Both the position numbers and the translations under genes were made by a program. From NCBI GenBank assembly GCA_030141605.1, contig JAQGDQ010001003.1, positions 7,176-71,175 on the forward strand: a stretch of 64,000 bases of DNA. Reading direction: 5' to 3'. Of this stretch, positions 1 to 12,301 are shown in pieces. The notes beneath the pieces were generated by a model that was not told where the DNA came from, did not search any database, and saw only the letters and a program-made list of their open reading frames with translations. Within the stretch, counting starts at the first letter, position 1. The number at the start of each line of letters is the position of its first letter. This DNA comes from Tubiluchus corallicola (Eukaryota > Animalia > Priapulida).

Positions 1-345
1 GTTACCTTGTCTGAAAGAACCATGATATAATAGTATACAATTAATAATTTATGAATATTCATAAGAAAAAGGTACTGTTAAAATAAATGAAACACTTACC
101 ACGCAGTTTACAAGTGATTCAAATTTACTGATTTTTATTAAAGAACGCCATTAAACGCTAATGAATGAATGCTAATTCATAAACACTTACCAGACACAAA
201 CTTAAGACGAATCCACTCAGGTAGTGCATGATGATCTTCTGAGTATCTGTATATATATATATATATGTATATACATGTGTATATACGTATACATATATGT
301 ATATATATATATATATATATGTATATAAGTAGGCAATTGGGAGTA

Positions 346-731
346 CAGTGTTTCCTCTCTACTTCGCAGTTCGTTTATCGCCGACTCGCTGTTTCACGGG
401 TTTTCAGAAATATTAATGTAAAATATTTATCGCAGTATTTTCGCTGTTTCGCGGGTTTTTGCGGCACTCCGTGAAAATTACGTATCTAGGTTTAAGAGTT
501 TAAAACATTTTTCTGAACATTTAAGTAAAGTTTTTTAAAAGGTACATGTACAGTATGGGAAAACTCATTCACGGAATGGGAAAGTGTTATGTATAAGAGT
601 GTGGGGAGGGTTTATAAAGACTTAAAATAATTTATAACTACTAAAATAAGTATAGCGTTCCTACTTCGCGGAAATTCACTTATCGCGGGTGGGCCTGGAA
701 CGGAACACTCGCGATAAGTCAGGGAACACTG
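346..731. mobile_element. Non-autonomous pogo/Tigger (Tc1-mariner superfamily) MITE, family 1
   Basis: TA|CAGTGTTTCCT...AGGGAACACTG|TA gives TIRs plus a TA target duplication; second copy at 22673. Confidence 0.8.
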
Positions 732-1259
732 TATTATTTGTCAGCACACCACAAGCAGTTTAGATAGTAAAGTGCACGTCTATAAAAAAACAACTAGTTT
801 TATTTGAAATTGACGAATTTTCGGAAAAAGGTAGAGAGTCCAGATTGAGAGGACAAAAATGGCATCTGGGTAAAAAATGAAAAACGGCAAATGACACTTT
901 TTTTGATATGCAATTTTAGAAAACCAAATTAGGAAGATGGATAGGGGATTTAACTACGGAACAGTTGTTTTGTTGTTGCTTCCTGAATTATTACTGCTGC
1001 TTTTCAAACAATTTTCATAACAATTTTTTGTTACAGGCACTTAAAAACATTTACAGGTAGAACACCGCAACTCGATTAAAACTTAAAACTTTTGATTTAC
1101 ATAATTAAAAATCGTGCCAAACGTTTATACACGATTTTTTAACTAATCGTAAATTGAAAGTTTTAATAAATTTGTGCTGTTTCCGTGTTCTGATCGAGTG
1201 GTTCGTCGCTAGTTTATTTGCGAATACAACAATATGAAGGTTTTTGTTTTGTCTTACAG

Positions 1260-1480
1260 GGAAGCTGTTGCTGGAGAGGTTGCAGTTTGATAACGAGTCG
1301 GGTTTTCGAACGACGGACGCCTCCGACACGCTGGACAACAAGCTGATGCGCGCGGACGTCCAGCAGTCCATCGAGCAACTCTTTCACAAGCAGGCGAAAT
1401 TGCGGGAATACTGGGAGGATCGGGCGGAACGACTGCAGTACAAAGTCGATTTGACTCACCTGGAGGAAGGAATGCAGAAG
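1260..1480 (+). CDS. SESTD1: SESTD1-like spectrin-repeat protein, internal exon A (gene starts upstream of the window)
   Basis: Acceptor ttttgtcttacAG at 1259 and donor AAG|GTATGT at 1481. GC-rich and open: KLLLERLQF...LREYWEDRAERLQYKVDLTHLEEGMQK. Ends in phase 0, matching the next exon. Confidence 0.85.
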
Positions 1481-1904
1481 GTATGTGTTTGATGGTTTGT
1501 GTGGGTGGTGTCAGTAGGAGGGTGCCAGAATGCCAATTATAGGGGACATAGGAGATGGAATCAGCTTTTTATTTTTTTGTTAAAACTTATTATAATCTTT
1601 GATGGCAATTGACAGTGCGCTGCTTCTCTGCAGTTGACAACTGACATCACTGGTGAAAAAATGGATGCTCGATTCAATTCAATTCAATTTATTTATTAAC
1701 TCCGTAAGAATTATCAAAATACAGTATTAGGAATACATGGAATACTATGTAACAATGGAGAAGGGCAGCGAGGAACCCACAGGCTATCTAGTCAGCCAGC
1801 CATAAATAGCTAGGATTAAGTAAAATTAATTTTGGCACCGTTCTCAATTTAAATTTGAATTCTGTTGATGTAAGAGGAGAGATCAGGTGTGAAATGGTAA
1901 TAGT

Positions 1905-3065
1905 AGCTGCCATTCTCTTGAAAACTGTAACGCAACTGCTGAACTTCGTAACTTTCCGGAAGCGCATCGTGGCTTTTCGTAAGCGCGTCGTGGCTTTCCC
2001 TAAGCGCGTCGTGGCTTTCCGTAAGCGCATCGTGGCTTTCCGTGAGCGCATCGTGGCTTTCCGTGAGCGCATCGTGGCTTTCCGTGAGCGCATCGTGGCT
2101 TTCCGTAAGCGCATCGTGACTTTCCGTAGGAGCGTCGTGGCTTTCCCTAAGCGCGTCGTGGCTTTCCGTAAGTGCATCGTGGCTTTCCGTGAGCGCATCG
2201 TGGCTTTCCGTAAGCGCATCGTGGCTTTCCGTAAGCGCATCGTGGCTTTCCGTAAGCGCATCGTGACTTTCCGTAGGAGCGTCGTGGCTTTCCGTAAGTG
2301 CATCGTGACTTTCCGTAAGCGCATCGTGGCTTTCCGTAGACGCATCGTGGCTTTCCGTAAGCGCGCCGTGGCTTTCCGTAGGCGCGTCGTGGCTTTCCGT
2401 AAGTGCATCGTGACTTTCCGTAAGCGCATCGTGGCTTTCCGTAAGCGCATCGTGGCTTTCCGTAAGCGCATCGTGACTTTCCGTAGGAGCGTCGTGGCTT
2501 TCCCTAAGCGCGTCGTGGCTTTCCGTAAGTGCATCGTGGCTTTCCGTGAGCGCGTCGTGGCTTTCCGTAAGCGCATCGTGGCTTTCCGTAGGCGCGTCGT
2601 GGCTTTCCGTAAGTGCATCGTGACTTTCCGTAAGCGCGTCGTGGCTTTCCGTAAGCGCGTCGTGGCTTTCCGTAAGCGCATCGTGACTTTCCGTAAGCGC
2701 ATCGTGGCTTTCCGTAAGCGCGTCGTGGCTTTCCGTAAGCGCGCGCGGTGCTGAAACTAATTCAAACTCTTGCAACTTACCTAACGTTCGTGTATCACAA
2801 AATTAGCTATCTAATTTTTCTGTAAAAACTTATTATACTTCGACGTAGACTGACTGGACGCTACTTTTCTTCAGGACGAATGACGTCATTGGAAGAAGAA
2901 TGGGCAGTGAAAATGAAAGCACCCAAGCATGAAGTGATCATGACTTTAAAGTGATTTTACTAATTGCACGAGGCACTTATCACACTTTTATTATTAAATC
3001 TTTCTAGCATTTTCCACGAACGTTGAATTAAGCCTAAGTTTCAAGAAAGGTTGACTTTTCCTTTA
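1905..3065. mobile_element. Interspersed repeat carrying an expanded 21-bp minisatellite
   Basis: Both flanks of the 21-bp array align with 11720-12110, where only about 2 units are present. Confidence 0.65.
1947..2742. repeat. 21-bp minisatellite, about 38 copies
   Basis: Unit gcatcgtggctttccgtaagc. Confidence 0.95.
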
Positions 3066-3376
3066 AAGAAGAAGCATTGTGAGATTTCACCGAATTGAAT
3101 TTAGCTGTGTTGCCTTTTATAATGAACTGACAAAGAAGTGGAGAGGGGGAATTCCAGGTATTCTTCCAAGCCTGGATTGATTCGAACAGTATTTTTTTGG
3201 GTCTTAGCGTTTTTAGTGCACGATGTTTAGCGTTTTTTTAGTTTGCTCGTTTAAGCAGAATGTGCACTCTGTCAGTCAGGCACTTGCGTCTCTCCCACCA
3301 GGTGGCACATTCTGTCCTTTTGGATAATGCAGTGTTAGTCATTCTGACGTGTTTCGGTTCTCTTGCAGGTAGTTGT

Positions 3377-4020
3377 CTAATGTCTTTATCTGCCCTACCA
3401 AATGTCTTTGTTGGCCCTACCAAGTGTCTTTATCTACCGTACCGAATGTCCAAGTGTCTTTATCTACCGTACCGAATGTCTTTATCTGCCCTACCAAATG
3501 TCTTTGTTGGCCCTACCAAGTGTCTTTATCTACCGTACCGAATGTCCAAGTGTCTTTATCTACCGTACCGAGTGTCTTTATCTGCCCTACCAAATGTCTT
3601 TGTTGGCCCTACCAAGTGTCTTTATCTACCGTACCGAATGTCCTTATCTGCTCTACCAAATGTCTTTGTTGGCCCTACCAAGTGTCTTTATCTACCGTAC
3701 CGAATGTCCTTATCTGCCCTACCAAGTGTCTTTATCTACCGTACCGAGTGTCTTTATCTGCCCTACCAAATGTCTTTGTTGGCCCTACCAAGTGTCTTTA
3801 TCTACCGTACCAAATGTCTTTATCTGCCCTACCAAAAGTCTTTGTTGGCCCTACCAAGTGTCTTTATCTGCCAAACCGAATGTCCTTATCTGCCTTACCA
3901 AATGTCTTTATCTGCCCTACCGAATGTCCTTGTCTTCCCTACCGAATGTCTTTATCTACCCTACCGAATGTCTTTGTCCTCCATACCAAATGTCTTTATC
4001 TGCCCTACCGAATGTCCTTT
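3377..4020. repeat. 21-22-bp minisatellite (aatgtctttatctgccctacc family)
   Basis: Tandem units; the same family occurs at 8929-9555. Confidence 0.92.
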
Positions 4021-4078
4021 TCTGTCCTTTCGGATGATGCAGTGCTAGTCATTCTGATGTGTTTCGGTTCTTTTGCAG

Positions 4079-4201
4079 GTAGTTGATTGGATACTAGGCG
4101 AAGGTGAAACGTTGCTGTCCGTTCCGCAGGACATTGGCGATTGTTACGAAATAGCAGAGGAACTCAGGGAGCAACACGAGGAAATGGAGATGGAGTGTAC
4201 C
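4079..4201 (+). CDS. SESTD1: SESTD1-like exon B
   Basis: ttttgcAG|GTAGTT...ACC|GTGAGT, 123 nt, phase 0/0. VVDWILGEGETLL...IGDCYEIAEELREQHEEMEMECT is a typical spectrin-repeat helix A/B pattern. Confidence 0.9.
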
Positions 4202-4245
4202 GTGAGTTGTTTATTTGTTTGTTTTGTTTCCTTATTTGTTATTTG

Positions 4246-4854
4246 TGTGCTTGCATACCGAAACCGTCCATAAGTTGGCATAGTTAAAACTATGTTATAA
4301 TGCTTCAAAGTAGAATAACCCAAAAATTTGGTAAAAATAAATCAATTTTTTGTGTTTTATAAAAACCAATGCTAAATATGTTGGAGTTTTATATTCTAGC
4401 ATAACGTTTTTAAGAAAGTCTTCAAAAACTACTAAAAATTTATTTTTATAACTCCTTACACACTTTAATGGCTAGAAACTAGTACTGCAATTGTAAAAAA
4501 CTCCTATTTTCAAACTCTGATAGTGGCTCCTAGACGCTGTCGTTTTGCTTCAGGTTTTTTTCGTTGCCTAGCCTAGAACTTCAATGTGTTCTTGCAAAGT
4601 TCGTAACAACCCACATTTGTGTGGTTGCTAAGCGACAAAAAACAATGGCTGACTTTAACAGTGATTTTCTCAAGATTACGTTTTTCAGTGTGTAACCTGC
4701 ATCTCAATTTCAACCTGGATTATCTCATCTTAGAAATAACATAGAGCGATAAACTTGGTGTCAAAATGATCCTCATGAAATGGAGATTCAGGATATGTGA
4801 ATACTTAAAAAGGCTTAGTTGCTGACTTTTGAACAATTTTGTTGTGCAAGCACA
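4246..4854 (+). mobile_element. About 610-bp TIR element (GTGCTTGCA...TGCAAGCAC), copy 1
   Basis: Imperfect terminal inverted repeats of about 30 bp; homologous copies in the opposite orientation at 7998 and 20018. Confidence 0.75.
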
Positions 4855-4997
4855 TTTACGAAAATAGATTCATGTACACCATGTCCTCGAACGGCCCATC
4901 CAAGATCATTTAGTACAAGCCATTTTTTCACTCATAAAATGTACTAAAATATTTCTAACTTTGTACATGCGTATGACAGATTTTGATGTCTTGTTAG

Positions 4998-5189
4998 GGG
5001 GTGTACTCGAGTTACGCAGACCTGCACCAGAAGGCGGACATGTTGGCGATAGCGGAGAATTCCGGCTACGATGATTTGCTGGCGTTGAAAGAGTACATGG
5101 ATCTAGCCTGCCGGAATTTTGCCTCCCGTCTGGAGCGGAGGCGGAACATGGTCATCACTTCTTGCCACTTCCACAAACTAGTCAGCGAG
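4998..5189 (+). CDS. SESTD1: SESTD1-like exon C
   Basis: ttgttAG|GGG...GAG|GTTAGT, 192 nt, phase 0/0. GVYSSYADLHQK...FASRLERRRNMVITSCHFHKLVSE. Confidence 0.9.
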
Positions 5190-5869
5190 GTTAGTGATGC
5201 ACCCACAGTGTTGTAGCTAAGGGCAGGGGGGGGGGGGGCAGTCCATCAGGGGGCACTTCCATAAAATGCGCGAAATGCTGATTGTGTCGGAACAGTCAAA
5301 AGGCAAATTACCTGACACAAATTTCCAGGAAAACTCCTCTCACAGCTTTGCAAATTTGCAACAAAGGAAGACAATAATGTGTAATGTTTACTTTGTTATG
5401 ATAGTTGTATATCTAATGTTTAAAACTCAAAGTATGTTGCTGTATGGTATTTTTAATCCCTGCAGGGACAGTAAGCGTTTGCTGCATTTTGCACATGTTC
5501 CTGAAAAACTGCTCTGACCAACCAGCAATTTCGTTATATTTGATAATTTTTGTAGGTCTCTATTCCCCGCACAGTGGGTTTTCATGCAAAATAATGTGTG
5601 AAATGCATTTGCTTACCTTAGATGAATTAGAAATCGATTTTTGGCGAAAATTTAAAAAAAGATTTCAGTAACTACTGCAGTATTTGCACTGTAATGTACA
5701 GTATCTCTTGTGTGAAATCGGCCAATGCAGGAAATTTCAACCGTCCAGACACAACACTCTGATATACTTTGGCCTCAATTCTACTCTGTTTTCAAGGAGA
5801 AATTCCTGTTAAAAGTTGAGACTACCTTAAATTGTCTTTGGCTGATCGGCCTCGGATATATAAATTGTG

Positions 5870-6258
5870 AATTAGTGTGTATGTTGTCGTACTGCTGTAA
5901 TGGTATTTCATATCTGGTTAATATTAGTGATTTTAATTTTGCTTTAAATGCTGATGGGGACCTGATTTGTTTAACCTGTAATGGCAGAGAATTCCAAAGT
6001 AAAATTGCTTGTTTGATTACAGAGTTCGTTCCATAGTGGGTGTTTGTCCTAATTTGTTTTAGATTGCTTGTTCTGAAATTGACGTTAAGATTTGGAAAAA
6101 AGCTAAATCTGTTATTTTGAAACTGTTTACTGTATGTAATGTTGTTAATGTATTTAAATATAATGAGCAGAGTAAAATATTCCTTGTGTGCTTCAATGAT
6201 TAGAAGTTTTAAAGGTTTTCTGAGGTTAGTTGTTGAAGCTTTGAGCGGTTGTAAATGG
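5870..6258 (-). mobile_element. 5'-truncated LINE (L2/CR1-group-like) ORF2 C-terminus
   Basis: Minus-strand open frame without ATG: ...RTNTHYGTNSVIKQAILLWNSLPLQVKQIRSPSAFKAKLKSLIL, the characteristic WN-LP...FK-LK motif. Confidence 0.75.
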
Positions 6259-6365
6259 AATTAATTTGATTAATTGATTAGTCTCCCATCACTATTGTAG
6301 TAGTCATTTAATGTTGAGCTAAATGAAATTAGTGATGTATGATTACTGCAAGGAAGAAGAAATTT

Positions 6366-7546
6366 GATCTAATCTGATCTAATCTAATCTAATTAATCTA
6401 ATCTAATCTAATCTAGTCTAGTCTAGTCTAGTCTAGTCTAGTCTAGTCTAGTCTAGTCCAGTCCAGTCCAGTCCAGTCTAGTCCAGTCCAGTCCAGTCCA
6501 GTCCAGTCCAGTCCAGTCCAGTCCAATCCAATCCAATCCAATCCGTTCTTCTCTTATCTTATCTCATCTCATCTCATCTCACCTCACCTGACCTGACCTG
6601 ACCTCACCTCACCTTGGCTCATCTTACCTTACCTTACCTTACCTTACCTTACCATACCATACCTTACCATACCTTACCTTACCTTACCTTACCTTACCTT
6701 ACCTTACCTTACCTTACCTTACCTTACCTTACCTTACCTTACCTTACCTTACCATGGCTCATCTTACCTTACCTTACCTTACCGTACCTTACCTTACCTT
6801 ACCTTACCTTACCTTACCTTACCTTACCTTACCTTACCTTACCATGGCTCATCTTACCTTACCTTACCTTACCTTACCTTACCTTACCTTACCTTACCTT
6901 ACCGTACCTTACCTTACCTTACCTTACCTTACCTTACCTTACCATGCCTTGCCTTGCCTTGCCTTGCCTTGCCTTGCCTTGCCTTGCCTTGCCTTGCCTT
7001 GCCTTGCCTTGCCTTGCCTTGCCTTGCCTTGCCTTGCCTTGTCTTATCTTGCCTTGTCTCAGCTTACCTCACTTTACCTTACCTTACCTTATCTTACCTT
7101 TTCTTGCCTTGTCTTGTCTTGCCTCGCCTTACCTTACCTCCTTACCTTACCTTACCTTACCTTACCTTACCTTGCCTTGCCTTACCGTGCCTTACCGTAC
7201 CTTACCTTACCTTACCTTACCTTACTTTACCGTACCATACCTTACCTTACCTTACCTTACTGTACCTTACCGTACCTTACCTTACCTTACCTTATTGTAC
7301 CGTACCGTACCTTACCTTACCTTACCTTATCTCACCTTACCTTACCTTACCTTACCTTACCTTACCTTACCTTACCTTACCTTACCTTACCTTACCTTAC
7401 CTTACCTCACCTCACCTCACCTCACCTCACCTCACCTCACCTCACCTCACCTCACCTCACCTCACCTCACCTCACCTCACCTCACCTCACCTGACCTGAC
7501 CTGACCTGACCTGACCTGACCTTACCTTATCTTATCTTATCTTATC
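6366..7546. repeat. Compound pentanucleotide microsatellite
   Basis: Blocks of ATCTA, GTCTA, GTCCA, ATCCA, ATCTC, ACCTC, ACCTG, ACCTT and GCCTT. Confidence 0.95.
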
Positions 7547-7567
7547 TGTAAATTATTTATCTTTCAG

Positions 7568-7682
7568 TTGTCCAAATGTCTGGATGATCTTCTGGAATTT
7601 CTCTGTACAGAAACATCTGTGGATGACGTGCCCAGTTCAGAAGCTGCAGTTTTGGCCCTCAATACTAAAAGCAGCACGGCTC
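7568..7682 (+). CDS. SESTD1: SESTD1-like exon D (absent from the ORF track)
   Basis: ctttcAG|TTG...C|GTAAGT, 115 nt, phase 0/1. LSKCLDDLLEFLCTETSVDD resembles recalled human SESTD1 LSQQLDGLLGMLC. Confidence 0.88.
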
Positions 7683-7997
7683 GTAAGTATCTGAATTTCA
7701 GAATACTTGGCCCCAGTTACAAAGTTCGATGACCAAATTTAATGGAAAACCCAAGTGCCGCAGAAAGTTAAACTTATTTTAATATTTGAGAAAATCATAT
7801 CATGTGTACCTAGTATTTTAAGGTATGATTCTATGGATTAAAGCTTTGTAAGTGCTCGAAAGTTTTTGCTAATTGAATCAGTGACTAATTTTTACATAAA
7901 CGCAGTTAAACACAAATATTCAGTCAGCTAGAGTGAAATGCGGAAATTTTGTTACAAGTGCCTTCGTGCTGTCCACTAGCTTATGTCATTTCTTTCC

Positions 7998-8623
7998 GTG
8001 CTTGCATAGAAAAATCGTCCATAAGTCAGCAACTAAGCCTTTCTAGTTCACATATCCTGAATCTCCATTTCATGAGGATCGTTTTGATACCAAGTTCATC
8101 GTTCTATGTTATTTCTAAGCTGAGATAATCCACGTTGAAATTGAGGTGCAGGCTGTGTGCTGAAAAACATAATCTTGAGAAAATAACTGTTAAAGTCAGC
8201 CATTGTTTTTTGTCGAGTCTCCACAAAATACTTATTAACCATACAAATGTTGGTTGCTACGGACTTTGCAAGAACAAATTGAAGTTATGTTTATATCCAG
8301 TAGATGGCTCTTCCTGATGAAGATCTGGGCTTGGCAACAGAAAGAACCCGAATCAAAAAGGGCTGCTATTGAAGTACAATACAAGTTTTTTACTATTGCA
8401 GTACTAGTTTCTGGACACAGAAAGTGGGTACAGGATTATAAAAGTAGATTTTTAGTGTTTTTTTAACGTTTTCCTGATTGGGTGCTAGATTATAAAAGTC
8501 CAATTTGTTTTTATCAAAAACAAAAAAATGGCATTTGATCAAATTTTTGATGCTTTCTACTTTCAAGCATCATAACATAGTTTTAACTAAGCCGACTTAT
8601 GGACGGTTTTGGTTTGCAAGCAC
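7998..8623 (-). mobile_element. Same TIR element, copy 2
   Basis: gtgcttgcatagaaaaatcgtccataagtc...gacttatggacggttttggtttgcaagcac. Confidence 0.78.
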
Positions 8624-8749
8624 ACATTTTATTCATTATTAATGTCACTAAATATTTTACCAAATCAATTTAGAGACGTAATTATGTTATCCATTGATTT
8701 CACCTGCTGACTGTTTACAATTTGAACATCAAGATGAATTCATTTTCAG

Positions 8750-8859
8750 AAAGCATGGCTGAGAAAGTGTTTACGGAGGGTCAGGCATTGCTTGCAATGA
8801 TGTGCGCTCCGGTGTACAACGTGTTCAGACAGGATATCACCCCTGATTATCTAAAACAG
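8750..8859 (+). CDS. SESTD1: SESTD1-like exon E
   Basis: ttttcAG|AA...CAG|GTGAAA, 110 nt, phase 1/0, which complements exon D. SMAEKVFTEGQALLAMMCAPVYNVFRQDITPDYLKQ. Confidence 0.85.
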
Positions 8860-8928
8860 GTGAAACATGCGAAAGTCTTTTTACTCTGGTCTTTTTCTTG
8901 TAATTTTTGTCCATCTGATTCACAACTG

Positions 8929-9555
8929 AATGTCTTTATCGGTCCTACCGAATGTCTTTATCGGTCCTACCAAAAGTCTGTATCGGTCCTTCCGAATGTC
9001 TTGATTGGTCCTACCGAATGTCTTTATCGGTTATTGGTCCTACCGAATGTCTTTATCTGCCCTACAAAATGTCTTTGTCGGTCCTACCAAATGTCTTTGT
9101 TGGCTCTACTAAGTGTCTTTATCTGCCGTACCGAATGTCCTTATCTGCCTTACCAAATGTCTTTGTTGGTCCTACCGAATGTCTGTATCGGCTCTACCAA
9201 ATGTCTTTATCTGCCCTACCGAATGCCTTTATCTGCCCTACCAAATGTCTTTGTCGGTCCTATCAAATGTCTTTGTTGGCTGTACTAAGTGTCTTTATCT
9301 GCCGTACCGAATGTCCTTATCTGCCCTACCAAATGTCTTTGTTGGTCCTACCGAATGTCTTTATCTGCCCTACCAAATGTCTTTGTCGGTCCTACCAAAT
9401 GTCTTTGTTGGTCCTACCAAGTGTCTTTATCTGCCCTACCGAATGTCCTTATCTGCCCTACCAAATGTCTTTGTTGGTCCTACCGAATGTCCTTATCTGC
9501 CCTACCAAATGTCTTTATCTGCCGTACAGAATGTCCTTATCTGCCCTACTAAATG
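8929..9555. repeat. 21-22-bp minisatellite, second array of the same family
   Basis: Units aatgtctttatctgccctacc and aatgtctttgttggtcctacc. Confidence 0.92.
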
Positions 9556-9792
9556 TCAGCCCTGTGCCACTCCTGTTGCATTTTTTCTTTACATCATCTA
9601 AGACACGTGAGAACATCTGTGGAAGTGTATAACGTGTTGTAGCGGGTGATTGGTACCCAGAGTTCAGCGCTATTGTGGTTACTTAGTAAATAGCTTAGTG
9701 TCTTTGGCTGTTTGCCATATTGAGAAAAGAGTAGATAAGTACCCGGCCTGCCTCGCCTGCAGCTTGCCTGAGATTTGTATTGTCTTTCACAG

Positions 9793-9924
9793 ATAGAACA
9801 CGTGGAAATAATATTGTCCGACCTCGGCGAGCGGAAGCAGCGATGCGACGAGTTAGCTGACGGCAGAAAGCTGAAACTGCAACAGATACTGCAGCTGCGG
9901 ACTTCAGAGCGGGATGCTAATCAG
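9793..9924 (+). CDS. SESTD1: SESTD1-like exon F (absent from the ORF track)
   Basis: tttcacAG|ATA...CAG|GTGAGA, 132 nt. IEHVEIILSDLGERKQRCDELADGRKLKLQQILQLRTSERDANQ versus recalled SESTD1 [22 protein letters not shown]. Confidence 0.92.
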
Positions 9925-11001
9925 GTGAGAAAGTAGCGTTACTCTACCTGACGACGTCAGGATAGTGTTATTCTGGTAAACGATGCGTAATCAACTCTGT
10001 AACTCATTTCAAGGTGTGCAGCAGGTGTCATCGTTTACTGAATTTGAAAAACTAAACGTCGATGATGATGATGTATGGTTAATTAAACTAAAATGACATC
10101 AACACCACGCACAAACAACAAAAAGAGACAAATAACTGCAAATCGTACAATCTACAATGGCACATGTACAAAATTACCACCAGAGGAAAAGGCTCGTCAC
10201 GTGAGGCACCGGGAAAGAGTCAGATTTCAGTTTCTACTCACTATGTCTTCAAACTCTACTGGCGGGGATCCAGTCACTGCCCAACCCTAGATGTTAAACT
10301 GACACACATAACACATAATACAGAGCACACACAGTACATCAACGTAAATGAACTGCAACAATGACAAAAAAGAGGAGCTTCTTAAGAGCCATTAAATCAT
10401 TATTATCAGCGACCAATCTTGCGATTGCATTTCTAAATAAATTGCATTTCTAAGTTTTGCAAGTGATATCACTAGTTTTTTGTGTCATTTTGATGCACCC
10501 ACTTAAAGCATAAGAAAACCCTCCACTTACATAAGTCATTCCAGCAGGTAAGTGAAATGGTTAGTAATATTGTGGGAGATTTAAAATTAAAACAAACGAA
10601 AATTCCTTTCAATGCAAATACGATATGTGCATAAAACTACTGTAAAGTTGTTTAATTTTTTAAGGAGATTTTTCTGAAACCTACTTCAGGTGCCCCTTTT
10701 CTTGCCCTTTAAGCAAAGACATGGCTTTTATTTAGACAGAAAAATCTGCAACAGTTTGACCAGTTATGGTTATGTTCATGCAAAAATCCAGCTAAATAAA
10801 AATACAAAAATACAAAAATCAACATTGTTGCAAGCAAGCAAACAAGACAAATACTAAATCGTAAACTTACAGATCGCGTGATATAAAGACAAATGACAGA
10901 TAAAACAAAGCTCACGTTACTCCATTGTGTAACAAAAATTGTGTTGGGGGAACATGACTTTGTTTCCGTTTTAGTAAAACCATCATATTGAACAATTTTA
11001 G

Positions 11002-11124
11002 GCAATTGCCTGGCTGTGGGAACTCTGTGAGGTGATAGCCACCACTCACCGTCAGATCGGGAGAAGTGCTGCCGAAGTCGACGCGTTAAAACAGGAGCAT
11101 TTTAAATTTCAAGAAACTGCTAAA
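11002..11124 (+). CDS. SESTD1: SESTD1-like exon G (absent from the ORF track)
   Basis: ttttAG|GCA...AAA|GTAAGT, 123 nt. AIAWLWELCEVIATTHRQIGRSAAEVDALKQEHFKFQETAK. Confidence 0.9.
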
Positions 11125-11719
11125 GTAAGTGCTTTACCTACAACTTACTTAGCCCTCAGAATTTACTAATAAATTTTGCAGGTTTCACCGTCTTGTTTTA
11201 GAGTTTGATGAAAAATTAACGATACATTTCAAAAAGAGATACAATGTGGCACAATTGAATCCCGAATCGCGATTCAAATCGTGATGCTACAGGTTTATCC
11301 ACATCCTTTAAGTTAAGGCGTTTAAACTGAAAGAGATGTCTTAGGTGTTCAGGTGTGATCGAATCTCACGTCGGACGTAAAAAACTACAATCAACACATT
11401 GAATGAAACTGTCCAGAGCGAATACTTAACTCAGTAACCACCCATTCATTCACTGGCTAGTCTCAGTGTCACTTAACTTCTATCACTAGTTATTGTTGGT
11501 GTTTAGCTGCTTCTGGTAGCCGTTGGTTATTTTACTCCGTTAGTCTGTTACTTTTTATTAGCAAGTGTAACTACGTCTGTGTGTTTTAAACGAAAGGACA
11601 AGTCACTTAGTGTGTTCTGTTTCATTCATTATTATCACTTAAACTTAGAAAGATATAATAAAGAAATTTGCAAAAACTGTCTATGAAGCATAAAGCTAAT
11701 TTTTAGGCTCAAACATTGC

Positions 11720-12285
11720 CACCATTCCATTGAAAATCATGACGTAACTGGGAGACTTCGTGATTTTTCGTAAGCGCGTCGTGGCATTCCGTAAACACGC
11801 ACTGCTTAAACTAATTCACACTTCTGCAGCTTACCTAAAGTTCGTGCACAATTAGCTATCTAATTTTTTTTGTAAAAACTTGTTGCACTTTTGACACAAA
11901 TTGAGAGTGCGGTTGCCTTTCTTCAGTCGATGAATGCTGTCATTGGTGCAAACGTGGACACTCAACATGCGAGCGCCTAAGCGTGAAATGATTGTAACTT
12001 TAAAGTAATTTTACTAATTACACGAGGCGCTTATGACACTTTTATTACTAAATCCTTTCAGCATGAACATTGAAATAAGCCTAACTTCTCTGAAGACTTA
12101 GCTTTTTAATGGCGCATAGACGTCGTCTAGGACTGAATCATTTTTTAATAATTTTACTAATTACACGACGTGTTTATGACACTTTTATTACTAAATCCTT
12201 TCAACATAAACATTGAAATGAGCCTAACTTCTCTGAAGACTTGGCTTTTTAACGGTGCAACGATGTCGTCTATGACTGAGTCGTT
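11720..12285. mobile_element. Second copy of that interspersed repeat, with a tandem duplication of about 142 bp at its end
   Basis: Shares aaactaattca...attagctatctaattttt...ttttactaatt-cacgaggc-cttat with 2750-3060; 12006-12140 is repeated at about 12148-12285. Confidence 0.65.
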
Positions 12286-12301
12286 ATTTAATCATTTGTA
12301 G

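Noticed and set aside
1788-2775. Three ORFs of about 300 aa with heptad repeats
   Set aside because: Translations of a 21-bp intronic minisatellite that is open on both strands and lies inside a dispersed repeat.
3260-4086. Cys/Leu/Pro-rich ORFs in all three + frames (also 8952-9632)
   Set aside because: Stop-free minisatellite; the true exons flank it with consistent phases.
6614-7504. LTLPY-repeat ORFs
   Set aside because: Translation of (CCTTA)n.
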